The position numbers and the translations under genes are program-made. The notes under the pieces were generated by a model. It was not told where the DNA came from. It was given only the letters and a program-made list of their open reading frames with translations, and made no database searches. A stretch of 61,114 nt of DNA, filler included. It is 12 parts of 12 records of this genome, joined end to end, with 100 filler letters (N's around TTAATTAATTAA, not from the genome) between each part and the next. Parts side by side here need not be neighbours in the genome. Positions count along the whole stretch, not along the records: positions 1 to 6,911 come from SRR15195285_4145; positions 7,012 to 13,679 come from SRR15195285_4150; 10 more parts are not named here. One strand, written 5' to 3'. Of this stretch, positions 1 through 11,800 are shown one piece after another (within the stretch, counting starts at the first letter, position 1; each line of letters starts with the position of its first letter).

Positions 1-337
1 TAGTGTGGGTCCAAACATGATTTTTGGTCACAATCATGGGTTGGCCTTCTCCCCCTTAAACGGATACACTCCGGCGCTTGTATATTCATAGTATAGTGTG
101 CACACACTCGATTGAGAGAATTTTAGTGGCCTGGGCGCCGGAGTGTATTGTATTGTACCGGCTCAGCAATAGCCTGGCTGGCTGCCTTGAGATTGCTGCG
201 AGGGCGCCCTCAGCAATACTGCAGGCGCCCCTCCTCCCCCTTCCCCTTGGGAAGGGCAGCGCACCTGGGCGACACCGCAGTCGCTACGCGGCATTTCCGT
301 TGCGGTACGCCACGTGGAAGTCACGCAGCCCTGTGCT

Positions 338-3300
338 ATGGCGTGCGAGGCGCTGGCGGCGCTGCCGCTGGAGCTCGCGAGCCCCGAGGATGTGACGGAG
401 CTCTTCGGGACGGGGTCGCTGTCCGCGGGGGAAATGGCCTTTGTGGAGAGCGCGCTGCTGCTGCAGGCGGCGGAGGCGTTGCGCAGGGCGGCCAAGGGCA
501 TGGACAACGCGGGGGCGGACGGGCGGCGGCTGACGCAGCAGCTGTCCGAGGCGGGGGTCGACGCGCGCGCCGTGGTCGTGGTGCTGTACCGTGTGATCGG
601 GGCCGCCGGGCGCGGCGCCAGCACTGACGAGCAGGTGCAGGCGATCGCCGCCGCCTCCTGCTACACGCTGCTGGTGCGCTGCGTCGGTGAGGCCTTCCAG
701 CCGATGGTGCTGCGACGTGCCCTCAACGCGCTCCGCGTGCGTGCGGGCGGGGCGGGCGGCACCAAGCGGAAGGCGGGCGGCTCGCGCCCCGCGCCGGCCA
801 AGCGTGGTGCGACGGCCGACGACGTCGACGGTGCCGGCGACGTCGACGGCGACGCCAGCCAGGCCGAGCCGGAGGATCAGCCCCGCGAGGCGGCGGATCC
901 CGAGGCTGTGGCACAGCACCGCGCCGCCGCGGTCGAGGATGTCTGCACCCTCGTGTCGCCGGGGGCCTTCAGCCTGTCAGGCTACAGCGACGCGCTGACC
1001 AACTTGGTAGAGGTGATGGCGGACTTGATCGCTGCATCGGTAGGTGTCCAGTCCGGCCAAAAGCCTTCTGACGCGGCGCCGTTCCGCGTGCTCGGCGCTG
1101 TGCTCGGTCAGCAGCACGGTACCCCAGCCGACACGATGAAGGTGGTGTTCCACGCACTGTTGCCCGTACTCCTCGGCTCATCGAGCCGAAGCTCTGGTGC
1201 TACCATCTCCCGGACGGCGATTCGCTGCCGCGATGGTGCATTCGAATTCATCTCGGCATTGATGAGCGACCCAGACGGCACTGGTCAGAATCACCCGGTG
1301 CATCTTGTTGCGCTGTGCCAGCACATGTGTATGAAGGTGTCAGATCGCGCAGAGTACCGCCGGAGCGCCTGTCAGACGGTGGTCAAACTGCTGCTCCTGC
1401 TCCCAGCTGAACACCTCTCGCATTTTATCCGGTTCCTGTCAAAGTACTCGAAAAATGAGAAAGCCCTGTACCGGCATTTTTCGTGCGACCTCAGCGTGGA
1501 GATTGTGACGGCGGCGCAGGAAGTCACTCTCGACACAACGACTGCCTTCAACATTCTCAAGGCCCGGGCTACCGACAAGGCACCAACGGTACGCGCCAAG
1601 GCTCTCATCCAGCTGTCCGCATGCTTAATGGGACCGCGGGCGACCGATCTCCTGTGCAACGGGGCCGCTGTCGACTCGCTCCTTGCACTCGCTCGGATCA
1701 GGAGTAGGGATGCCAAGCCTGCGGTCCGCAAGGCCGGCTTGCACCTGCTTTGTGCTGTGCTGCGACGCTGTACGGCGGGCGCGGATGGCGAGGACCTGGA
1801 CACCCAATTTGATATGATAGACCCGGCCGACATCCACATCATTGCAGAGCGCTGTCGCGACTCGGCTCTGACAACACGGAAAGCCGCGCTTCAAATGCTC
1901 ACCGATCTGCTGTTGGCCGCGCCGGGAAGCGAAGCGGTTCAGGAAACGTGGCTAAAAACAATCTTGCCGACAGTACTGGACCAGCAGGCTTCTGCTGTAG
2001 ACGGTTGCTGCAGCTTGGTTTACGACGTGCTCTTGGCTCCGCTGGTTTCCAGTACCGCTGCTGGACAGAGTGACCTGGCGTGGTCCCTACTGGAGCGGAT
2101 CCGCAACCCGGACTCGTTGCAGTGCCTCCACAAAATCATCAAACTCCTGCACGCAATGCCGAAGTTTACCGACAAGATCGGTGGTGCTCATGTCACGGCT
2201 GCACAAGCTCAGCTTGACAAGTCAGGAAATACGGTTGGGCCGTGGGTGCTGCTTGAAGAGATATCTCACGTTTGCGCCACAGGTATCGATGCTGAGCAGA
2301 CATGGAAGACATGGCAGGACTTGCACCCGCAGCTACATTCTTTGCCGGAGAGTGACCCAGATCAAATCATCGCAGTCCACGCACTACGCGTCTTCTCAAA
2401 CTGTCAACTGCATGGGTCACGCGCCGCATCAGCAGGAAAGGCACTGGTCTCCATCGTGAAAAAGCTGTCTCATACTCCGCAAGTGACCAAGGCAGTGCTG
2501 GATTGCATGAGCTCAATGGCGAAATTGTCAACCAGCTCGGAGAAAGCATCGGTGGCCAAGATGCTGGAATGGTGCACATCCATTATGTCCGATTGTGATG
2601 CTGTGCTGTACAACTACATGTTCGGTGCGGATGCGGAGGCTGATACAGACCAAACCGAAAGTCAGCGTGTCGTAATCACTCTGTTCATATCCGGAGAAGT
2701 ATCCCTCGTGTGCGCCAAGGCTGTCCCGAAGCGCGTCGTATCAGTTCTGCAGTCACTTGTGAATCCGGCCGACAATGCGGAAGCGGGTCACGGAGTTCGC
2801 ACGTCAGTCCCGGAATCCGTTCGAGCGCATGCTATCGTTGCACTGGGCAAGATTTGCCTCGACGATCAGTCGCTGGCGAAGAAGTGCGTCGCTGCTTTTT
2901 CACGAGAGCTGATGGACAAAAATGACGCTCCAGTCATCCGGAACAACATCATATTTATCCTTTCAGACCTTTGCAGGCGATTCACATCCCTGGTAGACCC
3001 ACACTTGCCATTGTTGTCTCGGTGCCTCGGAGACCCTCTGCCGATAGTTCGAAAGCAGACAATGCTCCTGCTCGCTGGTCTGCTGCAAGAAGATTATCTC
3101 AAATGGAAAGGACCGCTGTTCTATCGATTTCTGATGATGACAATCGACGCAGACGTGGAAATTGCAGCACAAGCTCGATTCATCATGTTCACTTTGTTTC
3201 ACAAAGTTGACGGCAAATTGCTGTCGAATCATTTCGTGGAGGCGCTGTTTTATCTGAATGACTTTACAGGGCACGAATCGTACAACCAGTTCAGCCAAAA

Positions 3301-5425
3301 CGATGCCGATCGGTCGCTTTTTTGCCTACCAGGCCGAGATATGCAACAGAAGAGAATGCGCATCTACACAGCAATGCTTGCTCCGCTGCCAGATGACCAG
3401 AAACTGAACGTGAGTCTCCTATCATATGGCGTATCTTTCCTGTCGTGACAGACACTGAGAATGGTTTCTTGGTGTAGATCACTGCCCGGCTGTGCCACGA
3501 TGTCCTCGCGCGTGCAACCAATACCGACAAAGCATCTGCAATTCTGGATCTCGATAACGAGCACGCTTGCGAAGTTCTTCACGATGCGATGGTGCTTTTG
3601 GCTTCGAAAGACATCAAACTTGCTGCATCAGCACGGAAATCTGCAGACATTGATGATGACATTGAAGCAGACAGCCAACCTTCCACGGCTGCCGCGTTTA
3701 CATCCGCTGCCACGGCGAAAGTGTTGTCCCAGGTGTGCTCGTGCATCTACCGGTGCTCACGCATGCTCTTCTGAACCTCTTTCACTGCACATGGTGTGGG
3801 GATGCAGGTTGCGAAAAAGGGCTCAGTAGAGCAGACCTTGCCAATTTTGGTGGAGGTTAGAAGTGTAAGCTGAACGACAATTCCTCCTAACCTCTTTGAC
3901 ATGAGTTGACCCGCGTGTCCGAACGGGTTGACAGTTGTTGATGCAGCGCAAGTCCCCGTTGTTGCGGGCTCTGATGACAGCTGTTCGAGAGACAATCAAA
4001 GATTATCAAGACGACATCAAGCATATATTGACCGATCGACAGCTGGCTGCCGAGATTATGTACGACCTGGAACAGGTACGTTCAGAGCCTAGCTACTTTC
4101 ATTTGCGCCGATGTGCTGAGCGGTGCGACCGCTGGTTACAGATGAAGGTCGAGGCTGAGCGGGAAGCTCGTGCTGCACAGTCACCCCGTGCCATCGCTGC
4201 ATCGCCACGGTCCTCAACTGGGTCTGCCCGAAGATCAATGCGGGGTAGCGCTAGGCTAAGCATGGCAACTCCCGCTAGGGTACGTGCTGCTGCAGTTCCT
4301 AGTAACAGACTCCTATCGCTTGTCCTGTGACGGCCTGACTTCAGTGGCATCACTTCCTGGGCCTGTGCAGCCAACGTCTTTGAAGGATACGTTTACTCCA
4401 GCACTGTCAGCACGCAGAAGTTCTGGTTCAGGTACGTCCGTCCCAGCTCCGTAGCGCGTCTACAACTGAGCCATAGCACGACACGCTAAAACTTTCGGAA
4501 TGTTCAAGATCCAGTTTTCTGTCCACGCAGCTTCAACTGTGTGCCTGCGTAAAACCTATAAACGAAACTGATGCGGTGTGCTTGCCTGTCGTCGCACAGC
4601 TGCACAAACGACCCCGTTTTCCGTGCCGCGGCTACGGGGTGGACGTCCTTCCGGTAATCCCCCGCTGCCCCACCCCCGCTGCCCCACCCGCTGCCAAATG
4701 TGTGTGCATCCAGGTGGCAAACTAACGCTGCCACCCGTGTGTAGCGTCCCCGTCAATGAGTATCAGACGATCCTCAGAGCCACGGCAGGCAACATTCGCG
4801 GTGCCATTGCCAAGAGATAAAACTCCGCGTGAGCCACCGGGTAGGGCGGACGGACTGTCGGTAAGTGTGAGATGCGTTGGCCCAGTTTATATGTGTCTGC
4901 ATACTGCAGGCTGTCTGAACAATTGAATCGTACTGCAGTTGCCTCCGCCGTCCCCGATACCGAGTTCGCTGCCGTTGAGGGTTGTGAACAAACGGCAGCC
5001 GGGCGATTCAGCCAGCTCTGACGAGACTAGCAGCGCTGGCAAAGTCGACATTCTGATGCCGTCGCCGTTCAAACCGCTGCCGGAACCAAGGGTACGCTGC
5101 ATGTGCACGAGACACGTTGATGCGCCTACTAGTAGTATAGAGTGCTCTGTCAGGTGGCCTGGCGCGCACTGTGGTTTGCATACTACTGCCTAGCATCTGA
5201 CCGCAGCAACGGTGCCGTATGTCTGACTGGGCGTACGTGTCACAGGAATGGCCAGTCGCAGTGCAGCTATCAGGGGCAGAGAACGCTGCATCAAGTGCTG
5301 TAGAGCCAGAGATCCGGACAGCCACAGATGACGAGAACAGCGGTGGAGGGAACACGAAGCGCCCCTCGCGCACTAGCGATGGTGCTGGTGGAACTGCGCA
5401 GCTTCGGAAAGCCACAAAAACTTGA
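338..5425 (+). CDS. NCAPD3: Condensin II complex subunit CAP-D3 (HEAT-repeat, Cnd1-type domain), multi-exon
   Basis: Long ORF with VRAHAIVALGKICLDD..VIRNN..LSDLCRRFTSLVD..VRKQT..LLQEDYLKWKG. Frame-preserving GT-AG introns at 3410-3477, 3733-3807, 3865-3934 and 4076-4141 continue ITARLCHDVL..LASKDIKL..RKSPLLRALM..QLAAEIMYDL. Intron 5092-5245 gives C-terminal MPSPFKPLPEPR|EWPV. Exons between about 4280 and 4940 are unresolved. Confidence 0.9.
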
Positions 5426-5764
5426 GAACAGCGATCAATTTTGCATTTTTGCAGATGCTGTGAACCCGATCGTGCCAGCGATCTTGATTGATGTAGATGG
5501 CCAGGTCGGTATGTGCTGATTTACGTATGGAACATACTTAGTCACTTGAATTCCTTCGCTCCAGCGGAGCACTTAGCCGAAGTTGCCGAGCCAGGTTAGC
5601 TCATCTTCGCTGCCATCTTCGCTTTGTACGTACGTGCATCTTGAGACGACCGTTGGATAACGCGCGGAGCGCGGCAGAGAATTGCTGCGGAATGTACAGC
5701 GTGCGCTGCAGCTGCAGACCACCAGAATTTCGCCGACAGCTGGTATCACGCAATGCATCCAGAG

Positions 5765-6790
5765 CTATGAAACCCATGCTGACCGCTTCTCCTTCACCGA
5801 GTCCCTGCTGTGGTTGCCACCAGACCGAGAAAATGACCCTGGCCGACTCGAATCCACGACTGAATCCACAGCGGCTAGGCGCTGGCGGTGCTTGCTGTAG
5901 TGTGTAGGCAGACGTTTTGTGGGGGAGCGACCACGATGCGGCGGCTCAAGTGCTGTCTTCGGGGAGCCGTTTCGACCACCGTGCTGGTCCGCGGACTGCC
6001 GTCTGCGCGCATCAGACCTTCCGCTCGCGAGTGGGGCCAATGCAAGCAGCGAGCGTCGCGAGTCCCTCAGTCTAGAAGTAGTTCTCATGCGCTTCGGCTG
6101 TTCGCAGAGGCGCGCGGCAGCGAGCCATGTACACTCAATTTGACTGCTGCAGAGCCGTAGATCAGCTACCACGCTGCCACTGCCGCTGCTGGCGCTCTTG
6201 TGCTGCGACCGCATCGTGGCAACGTAAGCTCGGACAGTTGCGATGGCACGCTCGCATGTTTCGACGGCCTCCAGCGCACGGTCCATTACAAGCTGCTGCA
6301 CGGCCATGTTGTGCTCGGCCACAGCCCGTGGCAGAAAGAACGACAGTGCCGTGGTCTTCGTCTGCTGTGTGTCTAATAGCCTCAGGGTGCCCTCCAGCAC
6401 ATCCATCGCAGCGACGTGCCTCTCGAGCGCGTGCAGGATAGCGGCGAGGTGCAACGACGACCTCACCGCGTAGAGCACGTCGCCCCGGCGCGTGTCCCCA
6501 GCCATCGCTGTTTCGAGCCACGCCAGGGCTGCCGCTGGTTGGCCAAGCTCGAACAAGTACTGCGCCATCGAGTTGAGCGGCGGTTCGGTTGCGTTCGAAC
6601 CAGCTGTGAACCAGATGGGCTTCACGCCGTATTCAGCCTGCAGAGCCGCCGCAGCGAGGCTCAGCGTCGGCGCGAGCTCCTCATGACGCCCGCTGCTCCC
6701 CATCCCGCTCACCCTACGGCCTGCTGGCCAGAGGGCGGCAGAGCCGCCGCCCAGCAGGGAGCAGGCGCGATCGAGATGCTCCGGCGCCAC
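5765..6790 (-). CDS. Hypothetical protein with helical, possibly TPR-like core
   Basis: 341-aa ORF with TPR-like segments (LNSMAQYLFELGQPAAALAWLE; AVAEHNMAVQQLVMDRALEA). Start uncertain (GTG 6790 or ATG 6703). Confidence 0.45.
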   Translation of the reverse strand: MAPEHLDRACSLLGGGSAALWPAGRRVSGMGSSGRHEELAPTLSLAAAALQAEYGVKPIWFTAGSNATEPPLNSMAQYLFELGQPAAALAWLETAMAGDTRRGDVLYAVRSSLHLAAILHALERHVAAMDVLEGTLRLLDTQQTKTTALSFFLPRAVAEHNMAVQQLVMDRALEAVETCERAIATVRAYVATMRSQHKSASSGSGSVVADLRLCSSQIECTWLAAARLCEQPKRMRTTSRLRDSRRSLLALAPLASGRSDARRRQSADQHGGRNGSPKTALEPPHRGRSPTKRLPTHYSKHRQRLAAVDSVVDSSRPGSFSRSGGNHSRDSVKEKRSAWVS

Positions 6791-6911
6791 CCTTAGGGCC
6801 GGACCCTTGACCCTACCGGTACGAACTCACAAGTGCGCGGAGTCAATCACGGGGTACCGAGTGCCCACACTATCAAGTTGTCACAAAAACTTCCACCCCG
6901 GTGGTGCCAGA

Positions 6912-7011
6912 NNNNNNNNNNNNNNNNNNNNNNNNNNNNNNNNNNNNNNNNNNNNTTAATTAATTAANNNNNNNNNNNNNNNNNNNNNNNNNNNNNNNNN
7001 NNNNNNNNNNN
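6912..7011. other. Artificial contig linker
   Basis: N44-TTAATTAATTAA-N44; stops in all six frames. Confidence 0.98.
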
Positions 7012-9020
7012 CTCCTGCGGCTCCTGCGGCTCCTGCGGCTCTTGCTCCTGCTCCTGCTCCGCGCGCGACGGGTCAGACCGATGCCCCTGCACAATTCGAC
7101 GAACCAATGGAACCGCCCCCGCTTGACCGTAGGCCAGAACCTGAGCCAGAGCCAGAGCCACAGCCACGGCAAGAGGTACATCTACTGCCGGCCCAGGAGC
7201 ACACTGGGACCGGACAAGTTGGCAACCGGCCGCAGCAAACACCTGATGCACCGACAGGGGATGCATGGGAACACCTCGAAGCGCAGGCGTTGGGGCAGTG
7301 GGGTAGTGGAACCGGTGCTGCACCAAGTGTGCAGAAACTCGAGTGGGCCACCGGAGCCTCCTGGGACGGGCAGACCCGAGACGGCTGGTACGAGGGTGCG
7401 GGCCGCATGACTTACCATGAAGGCACCGAGTACAAGGGTACGTATCTGAATGGCAAACGCCACGGCACTGGCACGGCGCGCATGGCCAACGGAGATAGCT
7501 ATGATGGTACGTGGGCGTTTGGGCACTTCCATGGTATGGGGCGCTACCGCTGGGCGAACAATGATGAATATATAGGGCCTTTCGAGAATGGCAAGGAGCA
7601 CGGGGCGGACGGAGTGCGAGTGTGGGTTGACGAGTATGGCATAGAGATTGGCCGGTACGAAGGTGAGTGTGTGCACACAAGTCTACAGTGGCTTTCCGAC
7701 AGTGAGCACTAGACAGACCAAGTGTGCTTGCCACACAGCGCGCCCGCTCACCATGTTTGAGCTGTGTTTTCACGCCGCGTGCACGACATGTATACACAGG
7801 CGACTGGCGGCTAGGGAATCGCCATGGCAGTGGTGTTTACATTTGGGGTGAGCGAATGCATCAGTATGACGGCCACTGGGCAGATGACATCCCTCACGGA
7901 GAAGGCACTGCGGTGCTTGGCGATGGCTCCGCGTATGTGGTGAGGCTTGTGCCCGTTTTGCATCCAAAACGCGAGCAGCACGCTGTCTGAGCCATGCCGC
8001 CCTCGCGATACAGGGTTCATGGCACAGGGGCCAACGCCACGGCCAAGGCCAAGAGCGAATGCCGGACGGCTCCGAGTACAACGGTGGCTGGGCCAACGAT
8101 GTTCGCGAAGGATTCGGCGAACTGGTTGCTCCAGCTGGTTGTTCGTATACGGGCGACTGGGTCAAAGGCCAGCGGCACGGCCACGGCCGAGCGGTGATGC
8201 GAAAAGGCGGCGGAGCATCCGAAGAAAAGGTATATGAGGGTGGCTGGGCTCACGATGAGTTCCATGGACGCGGTATTCTCACTTGCGCAGACAATCGCAA
8301 ATATGATGGGAATTGGAAACAAGGAAAGCGACACGGGTAAGTCATGTCTGTTGTTTTTCCACAACCACACAGAACACAGCTATTGCTGGGGTCGACTAGA
8401 ACTTGTGGCCAGTCACCTAAGATGACCGAGGAGTTTGTTGCCTGTCAAGGTATGGGAAGTATCAGTTCAAGGACGGCTCTCGTTACGAAGGCAACTGGGA
8501 AAATGACCATCGGTCTGGTATGGGGACGCTGATGCTGTCAGGTGTAAGCGAATACGAGGGCACGTGGTCGGATGGCTCATACATTGAGGGGACTACCTGG
8601 CGTCGGAATCACCAGCAAGCGCCTCGAGAGCGTGTTGGGCATCTGCACCGCTCCAGCGGCTGGAGCGGCGAGGCTCCGATGATCCCGATGACGTTTCGCA
8701 ATCCAAGTCAACCTCCCAACGAGCTGCAAAACGCGGATGGCGATGGCAGATTTGGGAATGGACCTCAAATCCATGCCCGGCAACCAATCATGTACAGGGC
8801 ATCCAACCCGGAGCAGCATGTGCCTCCACGCACTAGCTCTAACAGTGTCGGAGGCGGTGTCGGTAGTAGACGCCGGGGTGCCAAAGCTGACTTTGCTGCA
8901 GATGACGAACGTGGCAATACAAGGCGATCCCGTGGTAGACATGCAGACTGGATGGAGGCGGATGGACGGCGCGTAGAATTTGAGCACGCTGTGTTCAATC
9001 CCACCCGTGCGAGCGGATGA
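7012..9020 (+). CDS. MORN-repeat protein, multi-exon, probably 5'-truncated
   Basis: Many YxGxWxxGxxHGxG repeats across ORFs 7107-7712, 7724-7990, 8059-8340 and 8520-9020, with introns such as 7663-7799. The frame is open back to the contig edge. Confidence 0.85.
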
Positions 9021-9140
9021 GCAGTTGACATGCACGAGTGCGATGTAGCTATTGGCTTGGAAATATCTTCTGATAGAAAACACTTCGCGCGCTATTTCTG
9101 CCTCTTGCTGCAGTGTTCGAGCCGAGCCGACTTGCTTGCG

Positions 9141-10294
9141 TCAAGGCTGAAGGGTGCCACGTGCATGTGCATGCGCATCGGTAGCGCTGCTGTGAGTCTG
9201 CTCAATCACGCTGTCGTTGCCATCGTCGTGAGTTGGTGAGTCAGCATCGGGCTCAATAAGTACATCATGCAGCCACTGTCGCGATTCATCTCCCCACCAT
9301 TCGCGAAGGCCACAGCCATGATTAGACGTCAGTGGGCCTTCAATTGTCATCAGGTCTACTCCACCATGAAATGTTCCATACTCTCGCACTGCATCAACCA
9401 GCACACCTGCGTGCTTGTGAGTTGGCAGCAGCATGTCGCCTCGCGTGGTAATTGAACATACTCTCCGGGGAAGTGACGGTAGCAGCTCTGACAGCGCGGC
9501 AGCGCTTTGCAAGCAGTAGGCCTGTCCACACGCCATCCATACTTGCAGTTAGCACAGCCTCCGTTGCAGACACTCGTCCCGCAAATTAGGTACACACAAT
9601 CATGGGACGCAATGCTCACATGCTCCGCGTTTGCAGGCCAGCCTGCACCTATAGAGCCTGGAAGGATCCACAGGCCGCCAGCAATGCACCAGCAGCACGG
9701 ATTACGGATGGTTGGGTACACAAGCATCAGTGCAGCTACTACTGGGGGTCGTGACTGCAGCCCTGGCTTCGTCGTAGGCTCAGCCTCTGGCTCAGGCTCG
9801 GGCCGTGCTGCAGCCCGTGCAACCTCGCGCAATAGGCAGAGCGACAGATGACCACCCGCACTGAAGCCCATGAGCGCAATCCTGCTCGCCTGGAATATCT
9901 TACCCACTCCACTTGCTGGGTCCGTTTGCACAAATTCTAGAGCTGCAATGGCGTCTGCCAGTGAGGGCTCAGCTGTCGCAGCACGGACGGAAAAAGTCGC
10001 AAACGGGGCGAGTTGATAGTCCGCAACACAGCACACGAACCCCTGGGCCGCAAAATGGCGCGCGGTGGCGCGGCCCTCTTTCTCTACCTCCACTTTGCGG
10101 TACCCACCACCCGGAAATATCAGCAGCAGCCCACCGTTGCATTGATGCACGGGCGTGGCTCCACTCGGCTCAGACTCGCCCCTCTGCTGTGAGCCGGTGG
10201 GTCCGATGAACACGAGGGGCGGCACAGATCCACATCGCGGCAGCACCCACTCGTCCAGCTCTGACGCCGAGTCGTCCTCTCCGCCGTCCGCCAT
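9141..10294 (-). CDS. Alpha/beta hydrolase (carbohydrate esterase/lipase-like)
   Basis: IFPGGGY oxyanion motif and GFSAGGH nucleophile elbow. Intron 9619-9522 (GTGAGC..CTAAC..CAG) joins exon 2, which carries candidate catalytic D (RGDML) and H (NHGCG). Confidence 0.8.
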
Positions 10295-10539
10295 CGCCTC
10301 GCTACCTCACACCGTGTATAGGATTCCTACGGTCGGCGCGGTTCGATCGTCGCGATGCGCCGCTCGCGCGCGCGCGCGCGCGTCCATGCCCACGCACGCA
10401 CGCCAGGCGGCCGCGGGTCCCGCGGTCCCCGGGTCGGCACAAATTCTTAGATCTAACAATCATTCCAACATGCAGTCCTCATGCACCGCGCGCGCGCGAC
10501 TCGCTCGTCGGTGACGCGGAAGGACACGCACGCACATCG

Positions 10540-11578
10540 ATGAAGGAGGTGGGTTATGCGCTGACCGTGAGTGTTGTTGCCGCGACGCACTTCTCCATCG
10601 ATGTGCACAGCGCTTGGCTGGACGCGTGCTACACCGTGCGCGGCGTGAACGCGGAGCCGAGCCAGGCAGTGCAGGAGCACCACGATTCCACCACAGAGCC
10701 CATCCACTGGGCATCAGGGCTGCACTGCTTCACAGTGTTCTACTTCGGTCTAGTGCTGCTGGCCCTGGCGCACCGTCGTGCTGATCCACATCGTTCGCGA
10801 CGCATATGGTACGGCTCAGTGCGCCGGCTCTACTTCCCGGGACGCAGTTCTACTCTCAGTGACCCGCATTGGATGGTATATTCGCTTCGCTGCTGGCGCA
10901 GGATTGAGGCCCTAGCTGCCCACGCCTTCCGCGTGATCGTATACAAGTGGGTTGTGTTGCCAGCGGGCCTGCAGCTGGACAACTACGCGTGCGCTGTTCA
11001 TCCACGAAACCTTTCCCACTGATATTGCCGCATCGCATGTGGCTGCGCGCCGACGTATCTTATCGACCCGCTGATGGCGCAGTTGTGGAACAGCCAAAGC
11101 GATTTCTGGGCACACGCACATGAACTTCTTCTACGTGCTCTACTGCATCCGATCAGTGTTGGCAGAAAGCTCCACTCACGCTGTTGCACCCATCACGCCT
11201 GGAGCAACAGTACAGAGAGAAACAAAGAGACTCGAAGCCGACATAATTGATGCTCGAGACAGCATACAGGAGGCGACATCGAGCAGCGCTGCAATCTCGG
11301 ACGCTCACTATAGTCGCTACGGACGTGGTACTCTGTGCCTTGCGATGGCCCTGTGGATATGGTTTACAGTACAAACATACTCCGCAGGCTACCACACCCC
11401 ACGACACATGATTTACGGCGCAGGTGCAGGCATGATGACACTGTTGATCTTCGACGATCTGAGTGGCTGGGCGTCGTTGTGGCTCAGTTCGCTCAGTTGT
11501 GAAGGCGGCAGACGTGGCGACGCCAGGTCGTACGGATCGCGACAGCTAGCGGGAGGTGCTTCTGTGCACGTGTCATGA
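10540..11578 (+). CDS. PAP2-superfamily membrane phosphatase-like protein (FIT/DOLPP1-like)
   Basis: Intron 10989-11082 (GTGCGC..CTGAT..CAG) joins the two ORFs in frame and creates AISGHTH. Downstream TYSAGYHTPRHMIYGAGAG resembles the PAP2 C3 His motif. Several TM-like segments. Confidence 0.6.
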
Positions 11579-11800
11579 CAATGCACGGTCGCAGTATATC
11601 GCGCAGTATATCGCGCAGTACTCTCTCACTGCGCGTGTCTTTTTTGGCAACAGCAGCTGTACGAAACGGCCTCGCTATGCACCTCGCTATGCACTGGGGC
11701 TACTCGAAGTGCGAACGAGAGCTGCAACAAGAAGATGCGATTCGAAGCGATGCACTGACACTGCGACACCTCAAGGTAGCTCCAGCTGAGGTAGATAGCT

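Noticed and set aside
6956-6967. TTAATTAATTAA repeated 11 times as a biological repeat or target site
   Set aside because: Always centred in an identical N-padded 100-nt block, so it is an artificial six-frame-stop linker.
11591-11693. Short 12-bp tandem duplications (gcagtatatcgc; cctcgctatgca)
   Set aside because: Only 2-2.5 copies between convergent genes, consistent with simple slippage.
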